The position numbers were made by a program, and so were the translations under genes. From an uncultured Ignavibacteria bacterium (GTDB taxonomy: Bacteria > Bacteroidota > Ignavibacteria > Kapaibacteriales > Kapaibacteriaceae), in assembly GCA_937870915.1 (NCBI GenBank), contig CALMZQ010000020.1:14843-78842 (forward strand): a stretch of DNA of 64,000 bases, read 5' to 3'. This document shows positions 33,368 through 45,866 of the stretch, one piece after another; positions within the stretch are counted from its first letter, which is position 1, and each line of letters begins with the position of its first letter. The notes under the pieces were generated by a model that saw nothing but the letters and a program-made list of their open reading frames with translations, was not told the DNA's origin and searched no databases.

Positions 33368-35065
33368 TTGAACTATCGGTGGATCAACCGGGAATGTAAA
33401 GATGAAGATGCCGTCAAACAGATAATTTCAGAGTTGAATGTCCCCTCTCCAATTGCCAGAGTGCTTGTTGGAAGAGGGATTGATACGATCGACGCAGTCC
33501 AACGGTTTTTTGAACCAACGTTGGATAAACTTCATTCTCCATGGCTTATGGATGGTATGGAGTTGGCTGTTGACCGTATCGACAAGGCGATAGAAGCACA
33601 TGAAATGATCTGGATCCACGGTGATTATGACGTGGACGGCACAGCAAGCGCGGCAATGGTCCTGCACTTCCTTCGGAAGATCGGGGCAAATGCCAATTAT
33701 CACATTCCCAGTCGCCTAGAAGAAGGATTCGGCTTTACGCCGTTATCCGTGGAACGAGCACGAGAAGCCGGTGCCACAGTAGTGGTCACGGTTGACGTGG
33801 GCGTTACGGCGTCGCGCGCGGTGGACCGTGCCAACGAGCTTGGAATCGACGTGATCATCTGCGATCACCACCAAGCAGCAGAAGAAATCCCTAATGCGCT
33901 AACTATTCTCGACCCGATCAAACCGGGTTGTGATTACCCTTTCAAGGGTTTGGCCGCATGCGGCGTTGCCTTCAAACTCCTGCAAGCCCTCTCGGAACGT
34001 CACGGACACCCCGAACTTGCCTATGAATACCTCGATTTTGTTGCGATCGCCTCTGCAGCAGATATCGCCCCTTTGATCGAAGAAAACAGAATTCTGAGTC
34101 ACTTCGGCCTAGAACTCATCAATTCGTATCCACGCCCAGGCTTCAAAGGTCTTGTGGACTGTGCAGGTCTACATCTAGGTCAATTGACAAATGCTAGCGT
34201 GATCTTTGGGCTGGCTCCACGGATCAATGCTGCAGGTCGCCTCGGTGACCCACGCCGTGCGGTTGAAATGATGATCCAGCCGGATGAACTTAAGGCGTTC
34301 CGGATTGCACAGGAACTTGAACACGATAACCGCCAACGAAGGACGATCGACGAACATACGTTCGAAGAAGCCTCCCGTCAGGCTGAAGCTCAGTTGATCT
34401 CGGGTAGCGGACGCGCCCTGGTCCTCCATTCTAATGACTGGCACGCTGGCGTCATCGGAATCGTTGCCTCACGTCTCGTAGAAAAGTACCACGTGCCATC
34501 TGTGATGCTTACCACGATCGACGGAATGGCCAAGGGCTCGGCCCGGTCTGTGAAGGACTTTGACATCCATGGCGCACTCAAACAGTGCGAAGATCTCCTG
34601 ATCGAATTCGGTGGACATAAACATGCGGCCGGTCTTTCTCTGAATGTTGACCGAATCCCTGAACTCCGAGAACGGTTCGATAAGATTGCCGCAGATGCTC
34701 TTACAGCTGATATGTTGAAGCCGGAGATCGTGATCGATGCTGACTTGCAGCTCAACGAACTAACACCAAGTTTTTTCAAGTTCTTAGCGCAATTCGCCCC
34801 CTACGGATACAAGAATCATCGTCCGGTCTTCCACACAGAGCACGTTGTATCTGCTAATGGCGTTAAGATTGTTGGTAACAACCACTTAAAGCTACGAGCA
34901 TTACAGAAGAATTTTGCAATTGACGCCATTGGCTTTAATCTTGGTCATAAGATTAACGACTGCAGCCATGGAAGACCATTCTCAGTTGTCTACACGCTTG
35001 AAGAGAACCTCTTCAACGGCTCTACAACACCCCAACTTCGTATTAAAGACCTCCGTCCGGAGTAG
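33368..35065 (+). CDS. recJ: single-stranded-DNA-specific exonuclease RecJ
   Basis: DHH motifs (IWIHGDYDVDGTASAAM, VTVDVGV, IICDHH) and DHHA1 (GGHKHAAG). TTG start as given in the ORF track. Confidence 0.9.
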   Translation: MNYRWINRECKDEDAVKQIISELNVPSPIARVLVGRGIDTIDAVQRFFEPTLDKLHSPWLMDGMELAVDRIDKAIEAHEMIWIHGDYDVDGTASAAMVLHFLRKIGANANYHIPSRLEEGFGFTPLSVERAREAGATVVVTVDVGVTASRAVDRANELGIDVIICDHHQAAEEIPNALTILDPIKPGCDYPFKGLAACGVAFKLLQALSERHGHPELAYEYLDFVAIASAADIAPLIEENRILSHFGLELINSYPRPGFKGLVDCAGLHLGQLTNASVIFGLAPRINAAGRLGDPRRAVEMMIQPDELKAFRIAQELEHDNRQRRTIDEHTFEEASRQAEAQLISGSGRALVLHSNDWHAGVIGIVASRLVEKYHVPSVMLTTIDGMAKGSARSVKDFDIHGALKQCEDLLIEFGGHKHAAGLSLNVDRIPELRERFDKIAADALTADMLKPEIVIDADLQLNELTPSFFKFLAQFAPYGYKNHRPVFHTEHVVSANGVKIVGNNHLKLRALQKNFAIDAIGFNLGHKINDCSHGRPFSVVYTLEENLFNGSTTPQLRIKDLRPE

Positions 35066-37863
35066 TGAATACGATCGACTTTCCACAGGTGTTTTCCTCC
35101 GTACGTGGACGGATTGCGGACGTACGAGAATCTGAGCAACTCATTACAATTGAAGATAGTTCTGGAGTTGTCCACACGGTCCGACTCCCGAATCCCACGC
35201 ATGGTCTGTCCACATGGTTATCAACACGTGAGTATTTGATTGGTCGAGAGGTCGGCATTGTAGTGCGTTCCGGCGGGAGTTCCCCGCCATGGGTAATCCT
35301 TGACCCAGATGTTGTTGTAGATATCACTGAAGCAGCCCAACTCGTATCGGCCTTCGGTGTGGCCGAAGACCAGGTACTTGTGAAGCGCATGAAACGTCCG
35401 GGTGCCATGAGTTTGGCTCTTACAGGAACGTTGGTCAACACTGCTTTTGACATTCTGGCACGTCAGCCAGACCTAGATGACACAGTCATCATGGCTCAAG
35501 CTGAGCGTACCAAGCCACTTGCCATGGCCGCTGCTGCTCGTGAACGATCATTGGATCGGGTACAAGATGTTCTACGGGGCGCTATGAAGCCTCTGCGAGA
35601 CCACTATCAAGAGTTTTCTCGCGGCTCGATCGCCCTAGAGCCCCATTACATCTCCCCCACATTCGGGTTGCAAGGTCGGGCAGATATCTGCCTACGCACT
35701 GGTAAAACGACCCGCGTAGTGGAAATGAAGGCAGGGACCGCAGCGTCGGGATCCTCGATCCGACCAGATCATGCGGCACAAGTGGCCGGATATGCTGCAC
35801 TTTTAGGGGCCACGGAGCCCGACAGAGTGATCACTGCCGAGGTCTGGTATGTGCAGGCAAAGAACCTTCCGATCCGGCCTGTGCATGATATCGATGTTTG
35901 GCTTACCCTCTTGTTGGCCGCGCGAAATGTGATCATTGCCAATGATCTGGCCCTCATCAAACGACAGGTTAGCCCCTTGCGACGGATAATGGAAATGGGT
36001 CATCATCGTGGAGGTTCATCGTATGATGAGCACGCTAAGGCTGATCTATCTGCATCACTAGCGCATTTGGATAGCACAGAGGTGTTGGTGGTTCGTGCCT
36101 GGTTGGGCTTTACTACCGCAGATCATGAGATGGTTCGAATTGGAGTGGGCTCATCACGGTCAACAGCCGACCTCTGGCGTCAAGACCTTGACGAAAAACG
36201 ACGCGTGTCAACTGTCATCACCGATCTCGAGCTGGATGAGGATAGGTCTGATATGGATCGCATGCATGTGGTCCTTACTCGAGCAGAAGCCATCACAGAT
36301 AGTGCACTTCGGATCGGCGATCCCGTGATCCTCCACCCCGAGCGTTCCGGCGAGGCAAGACCGTGTGATGGTCCGCTTTTTAAGGCTGTATTGAGGTCTA
36401 TCGGTCAAAACGAGGTGGAAGTATCGTTACGAAACAAACATGCAGACGTAGAGGATCTTCTTGGCAAACGCTGGATAGTGGAGCAAGATGTATTGGATAC
36501 CTCCGTCCGGGCGTTCTACACCGCTATCAGGTCATTTGTTGATACACCCGCAGATCGCCGGAGTGTCCTCCTTGGTAGGCGCTCACCACGCCATTTTGCG
36601 GTTAAGGAGATCAAAGGCAAGGGTCTAACACCAGAACAAAAGTTGATTGTTGAGCGCGCTCTCGCAGCTAACGAACTCTTTCTCATACAAGGACCGCCGG
36701 GCACCGGCAAGACTTCTGCTGTCCTGCGGTCTATCGTAGCCGAACTCATTCATCGGCCACATGAGCGCATTTTGGCCGTTGCCTATACCAACCGCGCCAC
36801 CAACGAGATTTCTGCCGTTCTTACCCACCATGGAATACCACATCTCCGCCATGGAAGTAGTGAGGGGGCTTTGGGTGAACGATCGATTCCGGTGCTTGGA
36901 CAGCATTTTACTCCAACTGAACTTTCCGATGCCATCACCGAAGCTCGATGTATCGTGTCCACCGTTCAGTCTCTGTACTCGAGCCCCGAGATCTGGGAGT
37001 TTGGAGCGTTCACCACGGCGGTGATTGACGAGGCGTCCCAGGTGCTGGAACCCCCAATGATCGGTATCACAAGCCGAGTTGGCAGGGCGATCCTCATAGG
37101 AGACCAGTGTCAGTTGCCGGCCGTTGTCACACAACGTCCCGATGCACTTCTCGTGCGAAGTCCGGCACTTGAGGCTATCTCGCTCACTACTCTTGGCATG
37201 TCCGCTTTTGAACGCCTTATACGGTGTGCAGCAGCTCGGCGTGATGCAGAATCAGTGGCTATGCTTACGCTGCAAGGACGGATGCACCACGATGTAATGG
37301 ACTTTGTATCCCGAACATTCTACCAAGGCAAGCTCTCAACTCTCGCAGATTGGCAGCGATCCACAGAGCCCCTTCCTTGGTCTGGGATGTTACCCTTCCG
37401 CACCGGATGTATAGCCATTGAGTCTACTGAAGATCAGGCCAAGGCCGAAGCAACTGCCCTAGTACAGCTTGCCACTTCTATCCACAAGAGCGCTCTTGCA
37501 TCCGGCTGGCCGGCATCTATCGGGATTATCACGCCATTCAGGGTGCAGAACAATGCCATTCTGGCAATGTTGCCAGATGAACTGCGGGGATCTGTATCAG
37601 TTGACACAGTTGAGCGTTTTCAGGGAAGTGAGCGGGATGTGATCCTTTATGGCACATGTGTTGGGAGTCCGATGGAGCTGGACAGTATTGTATCCGAGAC
37701 TGAAGTAGATGGTGTAGTTATCGATAGGAAACTCAATGTAGCTATGACGCGAGCACGGCATCAATTTGTGCTCATTGGAGCCCCTTCTGTGCTCAAATAT
37801 TCAACAGCCTATGCTTTGGCCGTCCAACAGCTTCCGTCGATGTACCTACCTCTTTATACGTAG
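35065..37863 (+). CDS. fused PD-(D/E)XK (RecB-family) nuclease + SF1B Upf1/Dna2-like helicase (932 aa)
   Basis: Nuclease motifs GRADICLR..., VVEMKAG and QVAGYAALL (D...ExK...QxxxY). Helicase Walker A LIQGPPGTGKTSAV, Walker B VIDEASQV, and VERFQGSERDVILYG..LNVAMTRAR. The GTG start shares one base with the recJ TAG stop (taGtg). Confidence 0.8.
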   Translation: MNTIDFPQVFSSVRGRIADVRESEQLITIEDSSGVVHTVRLPNPTHGLSTWLSTREYLIGREVGIVVRSGGSSPPWVILDPDVVVDITEAAQLVSAFGVAEDQVLVKRMKRPGAMSLALTGTLVNTAFDILARQPDLDDTVIMAQAERTKPLAMAAAARERSLDRVQDVLRGAMKPLRDHYQEFSRGSIALEPHYISPTFGLQGRADICLRTGKTTRVVEMKAGTAASGSSIRPDHAAQVAGYAALLGATEPDRVITAEVWYVQAKNLPIRPVHDIDVWLTLLLAARNVIIANDLALIKRQVSPLRRIMEMGHHRGGSSYDEHAKADLSASLAHLDSTEVLVVRAWLGFTTADHEMVRIGVGSSRSTADLWRQDLDEKRRVSTVITDLELDEDRSDMDRMHVVLTRAEAITDSALRIGDPVILHPERSGEARPCDGPLFKAVLRSIGQNEVEVSLRNKHADVEDLLGKRWIVEQDVLDTSVRAFYTAIRSFVDTPADRRSVLLGRRSPRHFAVKEIKGKGLTPEQKLIVERALAANELFLIQGPPGTGKTSAVLRSIVAELIHRPHERILAVAYTNRATNEISAVLTHHGIPHLRHGSSEGALGERSIPVLGQHFTPTELSDAITEARCIVSTVQSLYSSPEIWEFGAFTTAVIDEASQVLEPPMIGITSRVGRAILIGDQCQLPAVVTQRPDALLVRSPALEAISLTTLGMSAFERLIRCAAARRDAESVAMLTLQGRMHHDVMDFVSRTFYQGKLSTLADWQRSTEPLPWSGMLPFRTGCIAIESTEDQAKAEATALVQLATSIHKSALASGWPASIGIITPFRVQNNAILAMLPDELRGSVSVDTVERFQGSERDVILYGTCVGSPMELDSIVSETEVDGVVIDRKLNVAMTRARHQFVLIGAPSVLKYSTAYALAVQQLPSMYLPLYT

Positions 37864-37931
37864 TTGTACTGACAGGCTATTGTTCGTATTTTCGGCGTCA
37901 TGCATTCGTCCACCCCTGAACGGGAGTGACC

Positions 37932-39389
37932 ATGGTTCGCGCCATACTCTGTGTTGTTATCGCGGTCGGATTTTCAATCTCGGCATTTGCCCAGCGGTCG
38001 ATTACGTTGTCCAAGGGCACCGTGGTTACATTCCGCACGGTAGCTGAAGATATTGGCTATCCTGCCAGCCTCACGCAAGAGCCCAATGGAATGTTATGGC
38101 TCACTGACCGTGCAACGGGAAGAGTACTTCGTGTAGATCCCGGCACAGGAGCCGCTACAACGGTACTTGAGGTAAAACTCACATCAGACCCAAATGACCC
38201 AACTATACGTGGTGGCGTTTATGGACTGGCACTTCATCCTGCCTTTGCCAATGGAATGCCTTACGTTTTTGTATCCACCACTACTGCAGATGACAGGCTC
38301 ATCATTGAGAAGTATCGGTTCAGTGGTGATCGGCTTGTGAATCCAGTTGTGATCTATGTGACCAACGGCGTTCCGCATTCCCTTGGTCTAACAATGGAGG
38401 CATTGGCTGACAACACGCTGCTGGTAAGTGTTGCCTCATTTGATACACAGGATCCCATCCGCCTCGACAATGTAAATGGGAAGATCATTCGCATGACGTT
38501 CGAAGGTGAGGCTGTTACCTCAAATCCCATGTTCGATGCGAATAATCCGCATTCAGCCAGATCCTACATCTATTCAACCGGACACCGCAACCCACTTGGG
38601 CTTGTGCAGCTCCCCGTTACACATGCTACCATACCTGGCGCAGTGTTCTCAAGCGAATGTGGTCCGCGTTCGTTTGACGAGATCAATCGAATCGAACCCG
38701 GCAGAAACTATGGCTGGCTCAATGTTGCAGGCTATTGCACAACTGCAACGCAAGGTCTCGCTTGCCCTCTCGCTACCATGAATCAAGCGCCAAGCGGAAT
38801 GGCCTACTATCCTTCATCGGCAATTCCTGAGTGGACCAACTCCCTTCTGTTAGGAACTCTGCGCGGTGAAGGCATGGTCGTAGCAGAACTCAATCCGGCC
38901 GGTACGATCTCAAACATCAACACTGAAAATCCTGTTGATGATGTGATGGAGCTTAGCTCCGATCAGCTCGTTGACCTATCACTTCAAGGTGAGTTGGAAA
39001 AGGTCATCGACGTAACAGTTGCATCCGACGGCCGCATCTACGTTGCACTGTTTGAAAGCAGTGATGCAAAGCGGGGTAGAATTATTGCGCTAGAGAATCT
39101 CGCTGTGCATGGCCCCCTCTCCGTTGACGGCGAGGAGCTTGCTACATCGAACGGTTTCCATTTTGGACCAAATCCTGTAAACGATGTGTTGAACGTGTCA
39201 CTTGACCGTCCGTTCGCTACATCATGGTCGGCTACCATCGTCGATCTCAACGGTGCAACGGTTTCTTCAGCACAGTTCACATCAGCATCAACACAGATCT
39301 CATTACTCACGGCTGACCTTGCTCCAGGCGCCTATATGCTGGTTGTGAAGGATGCATCGCAGATAATGACCACAACGTTCATTCGCTGA
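37932..39389 (+). CDS. PQQ-dependent sugar (glucose/sorbosone) dehydrogenase-like beta-propeller with T9SS C-terminal sorting domain
   Basis: Signal peptide MVRAILCVVIAVGFSISAFAQ and the GHRNPLGL motif. C-terminal CTD: FHFGPNPVNDVLNVSL...IVDLNGATV...LAPGAYMLVVKDAS. Confidence 0.75.
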   Translation: MVRAILCVVIAVGFSISAFAQRSITLSKGTVVTFRTVAEDIGYPASLTQEPNGMLWLTDRATGRVLRVDPGTGAATTVLEVKLTSDPNDPTIRGGVYGLALHPAFANGMPYVFVSTTTADDRLIIEKYRFSGDRLVNPVVIYVTNGVPHSLGLTMEALADNTLLVSVASFDTQDPIRLDNVNGKIIRMTFEGEAVTSNPMFDANNPHSARSYIYSTGHRNPLGLVQLPVTHATIPGAVFSSECGPRSFDEINRIEPGRNYGWLNVAGYCTTATQGLACPLATMNQAPSGMAYYPSSAIPEWTNSLLLGTLRGEGMVVAELNPAGTISNINTENPVDDVMELSSDQLVDLSLQGELEKVIDVTVASDGRIYVALFESSDAKRGRIIALENLAVHGPLSVDGEELATSNGFHFGPNPVNDVLNVSLDRPFATSWSATIVDLNGATVSSAQFTSASTQISLLTADLAPGAYMLVVKDASQIMTTTFIR

Positions 39390-39423
39390 TCCAAGAATCA
39401 CAAGTCCCTTCCTCCTGCTATCG

Positions 39424-39431
39424 TAGATTTG
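39424..39431 (+). promoter_or_regulatory. -7 promoter box TAGATTTG, 4 nt upstream of ATG 39436
   Basis: Exact TAnnTTTG at fixed short spacing. Confidence 0.5.
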
Positions 39432-39435
39432 CGGT

Positions 39436-40167
39436 ATGGCAGGACACAGCAAATGGGCAAACATCAAGCGGCGTAAAGCCGTTGTAGATGCTAAACGAGG
39501 AAAACTCTTTACGAGGTCTTCAAAGGAGATCATCGTTGCCGCACGTATTGGAGGGGGCGACCCAGACGGTAATTCTCGACTCCGGATGGCGATCGAAAAC
39601 GCTAAGGCGATATCGATGCCGGCCGATAACATTCGGCGAGCCATCCTGCGTGGTACTGGTGAACTAGAAGGCCTCACATACGAAGACGCAACCTACGAAG
39701 GGTATGGTCCGGGAGGTGTAGCGGTCATCGTAGACTGCACCACTGACCACCGCAATAGAACAACGCAGCAGCTGCGTGCCTGTTTTGCCAAATACGGCGG
39801 AGTGTTGGGCGAAACAAATTCTGTCAACTGGAACTTCACCCGCAAGGGTGAGATCCGCATCGAAACAGTGTGTACAGAAGAAGCATTGCTCGAGACAGCG
39901 CTAGAGGTTGGGGCAGATGATGTATTTATGATAGACGATGGCGCTGTGATTACATGCAGTGTTGACATGCTTGGTACATGTGCCAATGGTTTGGTAGCTG
40001 CAGGCCTTATCGTACGAGAGCAGCATATCGTCTTTGAACCGAACACCACAATCGAGATTGATGATGCCGCGGTAGAGGTTAAGTTCTTGAAGATGCTCGA
40101 TGCGCTCGATGAGAATGACGACGTACAGGATGTGTTTCACAACGCCGAATTACGAGACAACGAATAA
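39436..40167 (+). CDS. YebC/PmpR family DNA-binding transcriptional regulator
   Basis: MAGHSKWANIKRRKAVVDAKRGKLFTR is the hallmark YebC N-terminus. Confidence 0.9.
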   Translation: MAGHSKWANIKRRKAVVDAKRGKLFTRSSKEIIVAARIGGGDPDGNSRLRMAIENAKAISMPADNIRRAILRGTGELEGLTYEDATYEGYGPGGVAVIVDCTTDHRNRTTQQLRACFAKYGGVLGETNSVNWNFTRKGEIRIETVCTEEALLETALEVGADDVFMIDDGAVITCSVDMLGTCANGLVAAGLIVREQHIVFEPNTTIEIDDAAVEVKFLKMLDALDENDDVQDVFHNAELRDNE

Positions 40168-40733
40168 TGCGCATCCTTGGCATCGATCCAGGTTCCGTGG
40201 TCTGTGGGTATGGCGTGATTGACGTTGAAGGGTCGAACATGGTCCTCGTGGAGTACGGAGTTGTTGCCGTCAAACGGAGAACTTCCTCGTTTCCCGCTCG
40301 CTTGCGTGAGATCCATGACCGGCTAACCGCTGTTATCGAACGTACTTCGCCTGATGTTTGCTCCATGGAAAAGGTCTTCTATGCCAAAAATGTCCTTTCT
40401 ATCGTCCAACTAGCCCATGCCCGCGGCGTGGCAATGTTAGCCTGCGCACAAGCCGGACATGACCCGATCGAATACACACCTATGCAGGTCAAACGCAGCG
40501 TTACCGGGCGTGGAGCTGCGCCAAAAGACCAAGTTCAGCACATGGTAAAGGCCATTCTTTCTATAGAAGAAACGCATGAGTTTTTTGATGCCACGGATGC
40601 CCTTGCTGTAGCCATTTGTCACGCTGTGAATGGTGGACCGCCCCCTGCCCTCAAACGTGGAGGAGCTACCTCCAAACGTCAGGCGTGGAAGGATTTCGTA
40701 GAGAAGAACCCCTCAAAGGTGAAGAAGGCATAA
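40167..40733 (+). CDS. ruvC: crossover junction endodeoxyribonuclease RuvC
   Basis: MRILGIDPGSVVCGYGVI..., and the conserved yebC-ruvC gene order. The start shares 1 nt with the yebC stop (TAATG). Confidence 0.9.
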   Translation: MRILGIDPGSVVCGYGVIDVEGSNMVLVEYGVVAVKRRTSSFPARLREIHDRLTAVIERTSPDVCSMEKVFYAKNVLSIVQLAHARGVAMLACAQAGHDPIEYTPMQVKRSVTGRGAAPKDQVQHMVKAILSIEETHEFFDATDALAVAICHAVNGGPPPALKRGGATSKRQAWKDFVEKNPSKVKKA

Positions 40734-40800
40734 GGCATCACAGCCGTTCGGTACATTCATGGTATTTTTGCGCCCACGATACCTTCTCACACTCCTTTGA

Positions 40801-43001
<2,201 letters not shown>

Positions 43002-43004
43002 CAC

Positions 43005-43934
43005 ATGTCACCAAACCTTGGTCAGGGTAGCGGATATTCCGTTTTCCCGCCGTTCATCAAGTTCCTCCTCGCTGCCAACGTAGCGATCTATATCGTGCAG
43101 TCCTTCTTCATAGCTGGACTCACCTACTCTGGACGTCCGGTTGATGAAACCGTGATGACGTTGTTCGCACTTTGGCCAATAGAAACAGGCTTCATGCCGT
43201 GGCAATTGCTCACATATCAGTTCATGCATGGTTCGTTGGGACATCTGTTCTTCAACATGCTTGCCCTGTGGATGTTCGGCATGGAACTCGAGAATCTCTG
43301 GGGAACAAAGAAGTTCGCCACCTATTACCTCCTCTCCGGTATTGCTGCGGGCGCGGTGCATATCGCCATCAGCCCCCTACTCAAGGAAACGCTTGGTCCA
43401 ACGGTTGGTGCATCGGGCTCGATCATGGGTGTGTTGTTGGCTTTTGGCCTAACGTTCCCAACACGTCCGGTAATGATGTTCCCGATCTTCTTCCCTATAC
43501 CTGCTCGCATCTTTGTGATGATCTACGCAGGCATCGACCTGCTATCTGGACTGATGAATACGAGTGATGGAGTTGCACATTTCGCACACCTTGGTGGCGC
43601 TCTTGGTGGTTTTCTCTTGCTGAAATTCGGAGAGCCTCTGTTCCGTTTCATTGATCGGAAGAGTGGGCCAAGACCAACCCGGCTTCGCGATGAGGACAAT
43701 ATCATCGAGGCCGAATTCCGAGATCTCCCATCGCGTTATGAACGCAGGGAGGTAGTAACATCAACTGCTCCTCCCCCGCCAAAAACCACTACTCCTACAC
43801 GATTTGTTGTAGATGGGGCTCCTATCACGCAAGAAATGATTGATGAGATCCTAGACAAGATCTCGCAGGCCGGATATCATAGCTTGACGGAGAAGGAGAA
43901 ACGTGTTCTCTTTGAAGTAAGCAGACAGCTCTAA
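43005..43934 (+). CDS. rhomboid family intramembrane serine protease with C-terminal cytoplasmic extension
   Basis: [11 protein letters not shown], catalytic [10 protein letters not shown] and HLGGALGG. Confidence 0.85.
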   Translation: MSPNLGQGSGYSVFPPFIKFLLAANVAIYIVQSFFIAGLTYSGRPVDETVMTLFALWPIETGFMPWQLLTYQFMHGSLGHLFFNMLALWMFGMELENLWGTKKFATYYLLSGIAAGAVHIAISPLLKETLGPTVGASGSIMGVLLAFGLTFPTRPVMMFPIFFPIPARIFVMIYAGIDLLSGLMNTSDGVAHFAHLGGALGGFLLLKFGEPLFRFIDRKSGPRPTRLRDEDNIIEAEFRDLPSRYERREVVTSTAPPPPKTTTPTRFVVDGAPITQEMIDEILDKISQAGYHSLTEKEKRVLFEVSRQL

Positions 43935-43936
43935 CC

Positions 43937-44839
43937 ATGCAGTCATCCGATGTTGCTCTCCCGTCATACTGCGATTCGCTCACTACGTACCAACGCCGTC
44001 AGACGATAGACTTGACTGTTGGAGACGTCGGTATCGGCTCGTCCTTCCCTATCCGTGTGCAGTCTATGACTACCACGAATACGATGGATACCGATGCCAC
44101 CATTGCACAGTCAATTCGCATGATCGATGCAGGCTGTGAGCTTGTTCGCATCACAGCACCAAGTATGCGTGAAGCCAAAAATCTCGAAGAGATTCGTAAG
44201 GGGCTCCGAGCTCGCGGATACACAACACCACTCGTTGCCGATATTCATTACACGCCAAATGCAGCAGAGATCGCTGCTCGTGTGGTAGAAAAAGTGCGTA
44301 TCAATCCGGGTAACTACGTTGACAAAAAGCAGTTCAACGTGATCGAATACACCGATGAACAATACGCGTCAGAAATTGACCGTATTCGCGATCGGTTTAT
44401 GCCCCTTATCCGAATCTGCAAGGAATATGGAACGGCTATGCGCATCGGGACAAATCACGGTTCGCTTTCAGATAGGATCATGAGCAGATACGGTGACAAC
44501 CCTCATGGAATGGTTGAATCTGCCTTAGAATTTTTGCGTGTGGCTGACGACGAAGGGTACGATAACATCGTGCTGTCGATGAAGTCGAGCAATGCCCTCG
44601 TAATGGTCCAAGCGTATAGACTTCTGGTGGCACGCTTAAAGCATGAAGGTCTTAAGCCGTATCCGCTGCACCTAGGCGTAACTGAAGCCGGGGATGGTGA
44701 GGATGGCAGAGTAAAGAGCGCACTCGGAATTGGCACGCTACTCGAAGACGGTCTAGGTGATACTATCCGTGTCTCCCTTACGGAAGAACCTGAGGCAGAG
44801 ATTCCAGTTGCCCTCGCGCTCGCGCGGAGGTACGCATGA
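43937..44839 (+). CDS. ispG: IspG (HMBPP synthase), N-terminal TIM-barrel (A) domain as a separate ORF
   Basis: [20 protein letters not shown]..., [55 protein letters not shown], and [10 protein letters not shown]. It ends at a TGA embedded in ATGA with the next ORF. Confidence 0.85.
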   Translation: MQSSDVALPSYCDSLTTYQRRQTIDLTVGDVGIGSSFPIRVQSMTTTNTMDTDATIAQSIRMIDAGCELVRITAPSMREAKNLEEIRKGLRARGYTTPLVADIHYTPNAAEIAARVVEKVRINPGNYVDKKQFNVIEYTDEQYASEIDRIRDRFMPLIRICKEYGTAMRIGTNHGSLSDRIMSRYGDNPHGMVESALEFLRVADDEGYDNIVLSMKSSNALVMVQAYRLLVARLKHEGLKPYPLHLGVTEAGDGEDGRVKSALGIGTLLEDGLGDTIRVSLTEEPEAEIPVALALARRYA

Positions 44840-45852
44840 GGGATCCCTACGCCTACCATCGGCGGAAGACGCATGCTGTGGCCAGTATAGGTGCAGACAA
44901 CGTACCACGAGTGGTTGCGCGTCTCAACAATACGTCCGTTCTCCGTATGGAAGACCTTGCAGCTGTTGGTCATATCTACGATCCGGCATCGGACAAGTGG
45001 ATGATGCGCGATCAAGCAGCAGAGTTCCTCTATATGGGCGAACGTCCACTATCGTTTATGGCACCGGCTGGCACTCGCCAGATTCTCGACTATGATACGT
45101 GGCTAAGGCATGAAGACCGGTTCTATTGCGTGCCACTCATTGAAGTCTCAGGGTATTTGCAAAGCAGCCCTGAGTGCCATTCCGTGATGAACGTGATTCG
45201 ATGTGAGATCCGAGATATAACGCCCGACCTCATTGATAAACTGCGTGCCGACATCACGGCTGTTTTGCTGTTGCGCAGTGACTCACATTCGTATTACACA
45301 AGTATGCGAATGGCGTGTGACACACTCCTTCTCAGTGGAATAGCAACACCGGTAATTCTCGAGCACGAACTATCTGCCCCCTCAGTTGATGAACTCGTGT
45401 TACGAGCGGCTACGGATCTCGGTGGATTGCTCGTGGATGGTTTTGGTGACGGAACGATGCTCAGCGTTGGCAATGGTGATGAAGTTGACGAGGCGTTATC
45501 CCTACGACTCGCTTACAACGTCTTACAGGCAGCCCGAACTCGTATGACCAAGACGGAATATATCAGTTGCCCTTCCTGTGGAAGAACATTGTTCGACCTG
45601 CAGGAAACCACCTCTCTCATACGGTCACATACAGATCATCTTAAGGGTGTAAAGATTGGTATCATGGGCTGCATTGTGAATGGTCCGGGAGAGATGGCCG
45701 ATGCAGATTACGGCTACGTGGGATCAGGACCAGAACGTATCACGCTCTATCGGGGTCAGGACATCGTGCAACGCAATATCCCTGCGGCAGGTGCAGTTGA
45801 GGCATTAATGGACATCATCAAGACCGATGGTCGCTGGGTTGAGCGTACCTAG
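44836..45852 (+). CDS. ispG: IspG insert (A*) plus C-terminal 4Fe-4S (B) domain as a separate ORF
   Basis: C-terminal [17 protein letters not shown]...[26 protein letters not shown] carries the IspG cluster-binding cysteines. It is in a different frame from 43937..44839. Confidence 0.85.
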   Translation: MRDPYAYHRRKTHAVASIGADNVPRVVARLNNTSVLRMEDLAAVGHIYDPASDKWMMRDQAAEFLYMGERPLSFMAPAGTRQILDYDTWLRHEDRFYCVPLIEVSGYLQSSPECHSVMNVIRCEIRDITPDLIDKLRADITAVLLLRSDSHSYYTSMRMACDTLLLSGIATPVILEHELSAPSVDELVLRAATDLGGLLVDGFGDGTMLSVGNGDEVDEALSLRLAYNVLQAARTRMTKTEYISCPSCGRTLFDLQETTSLIRSHTDHLKGVKIGIMGCIVNGPGEMADADYGYVGSGPERITLYRGQDIVQRNIPAAGAVEALMDIIKTDGRWVERT

Positions 45853-45866
45853 TACAAATAGAGGGG

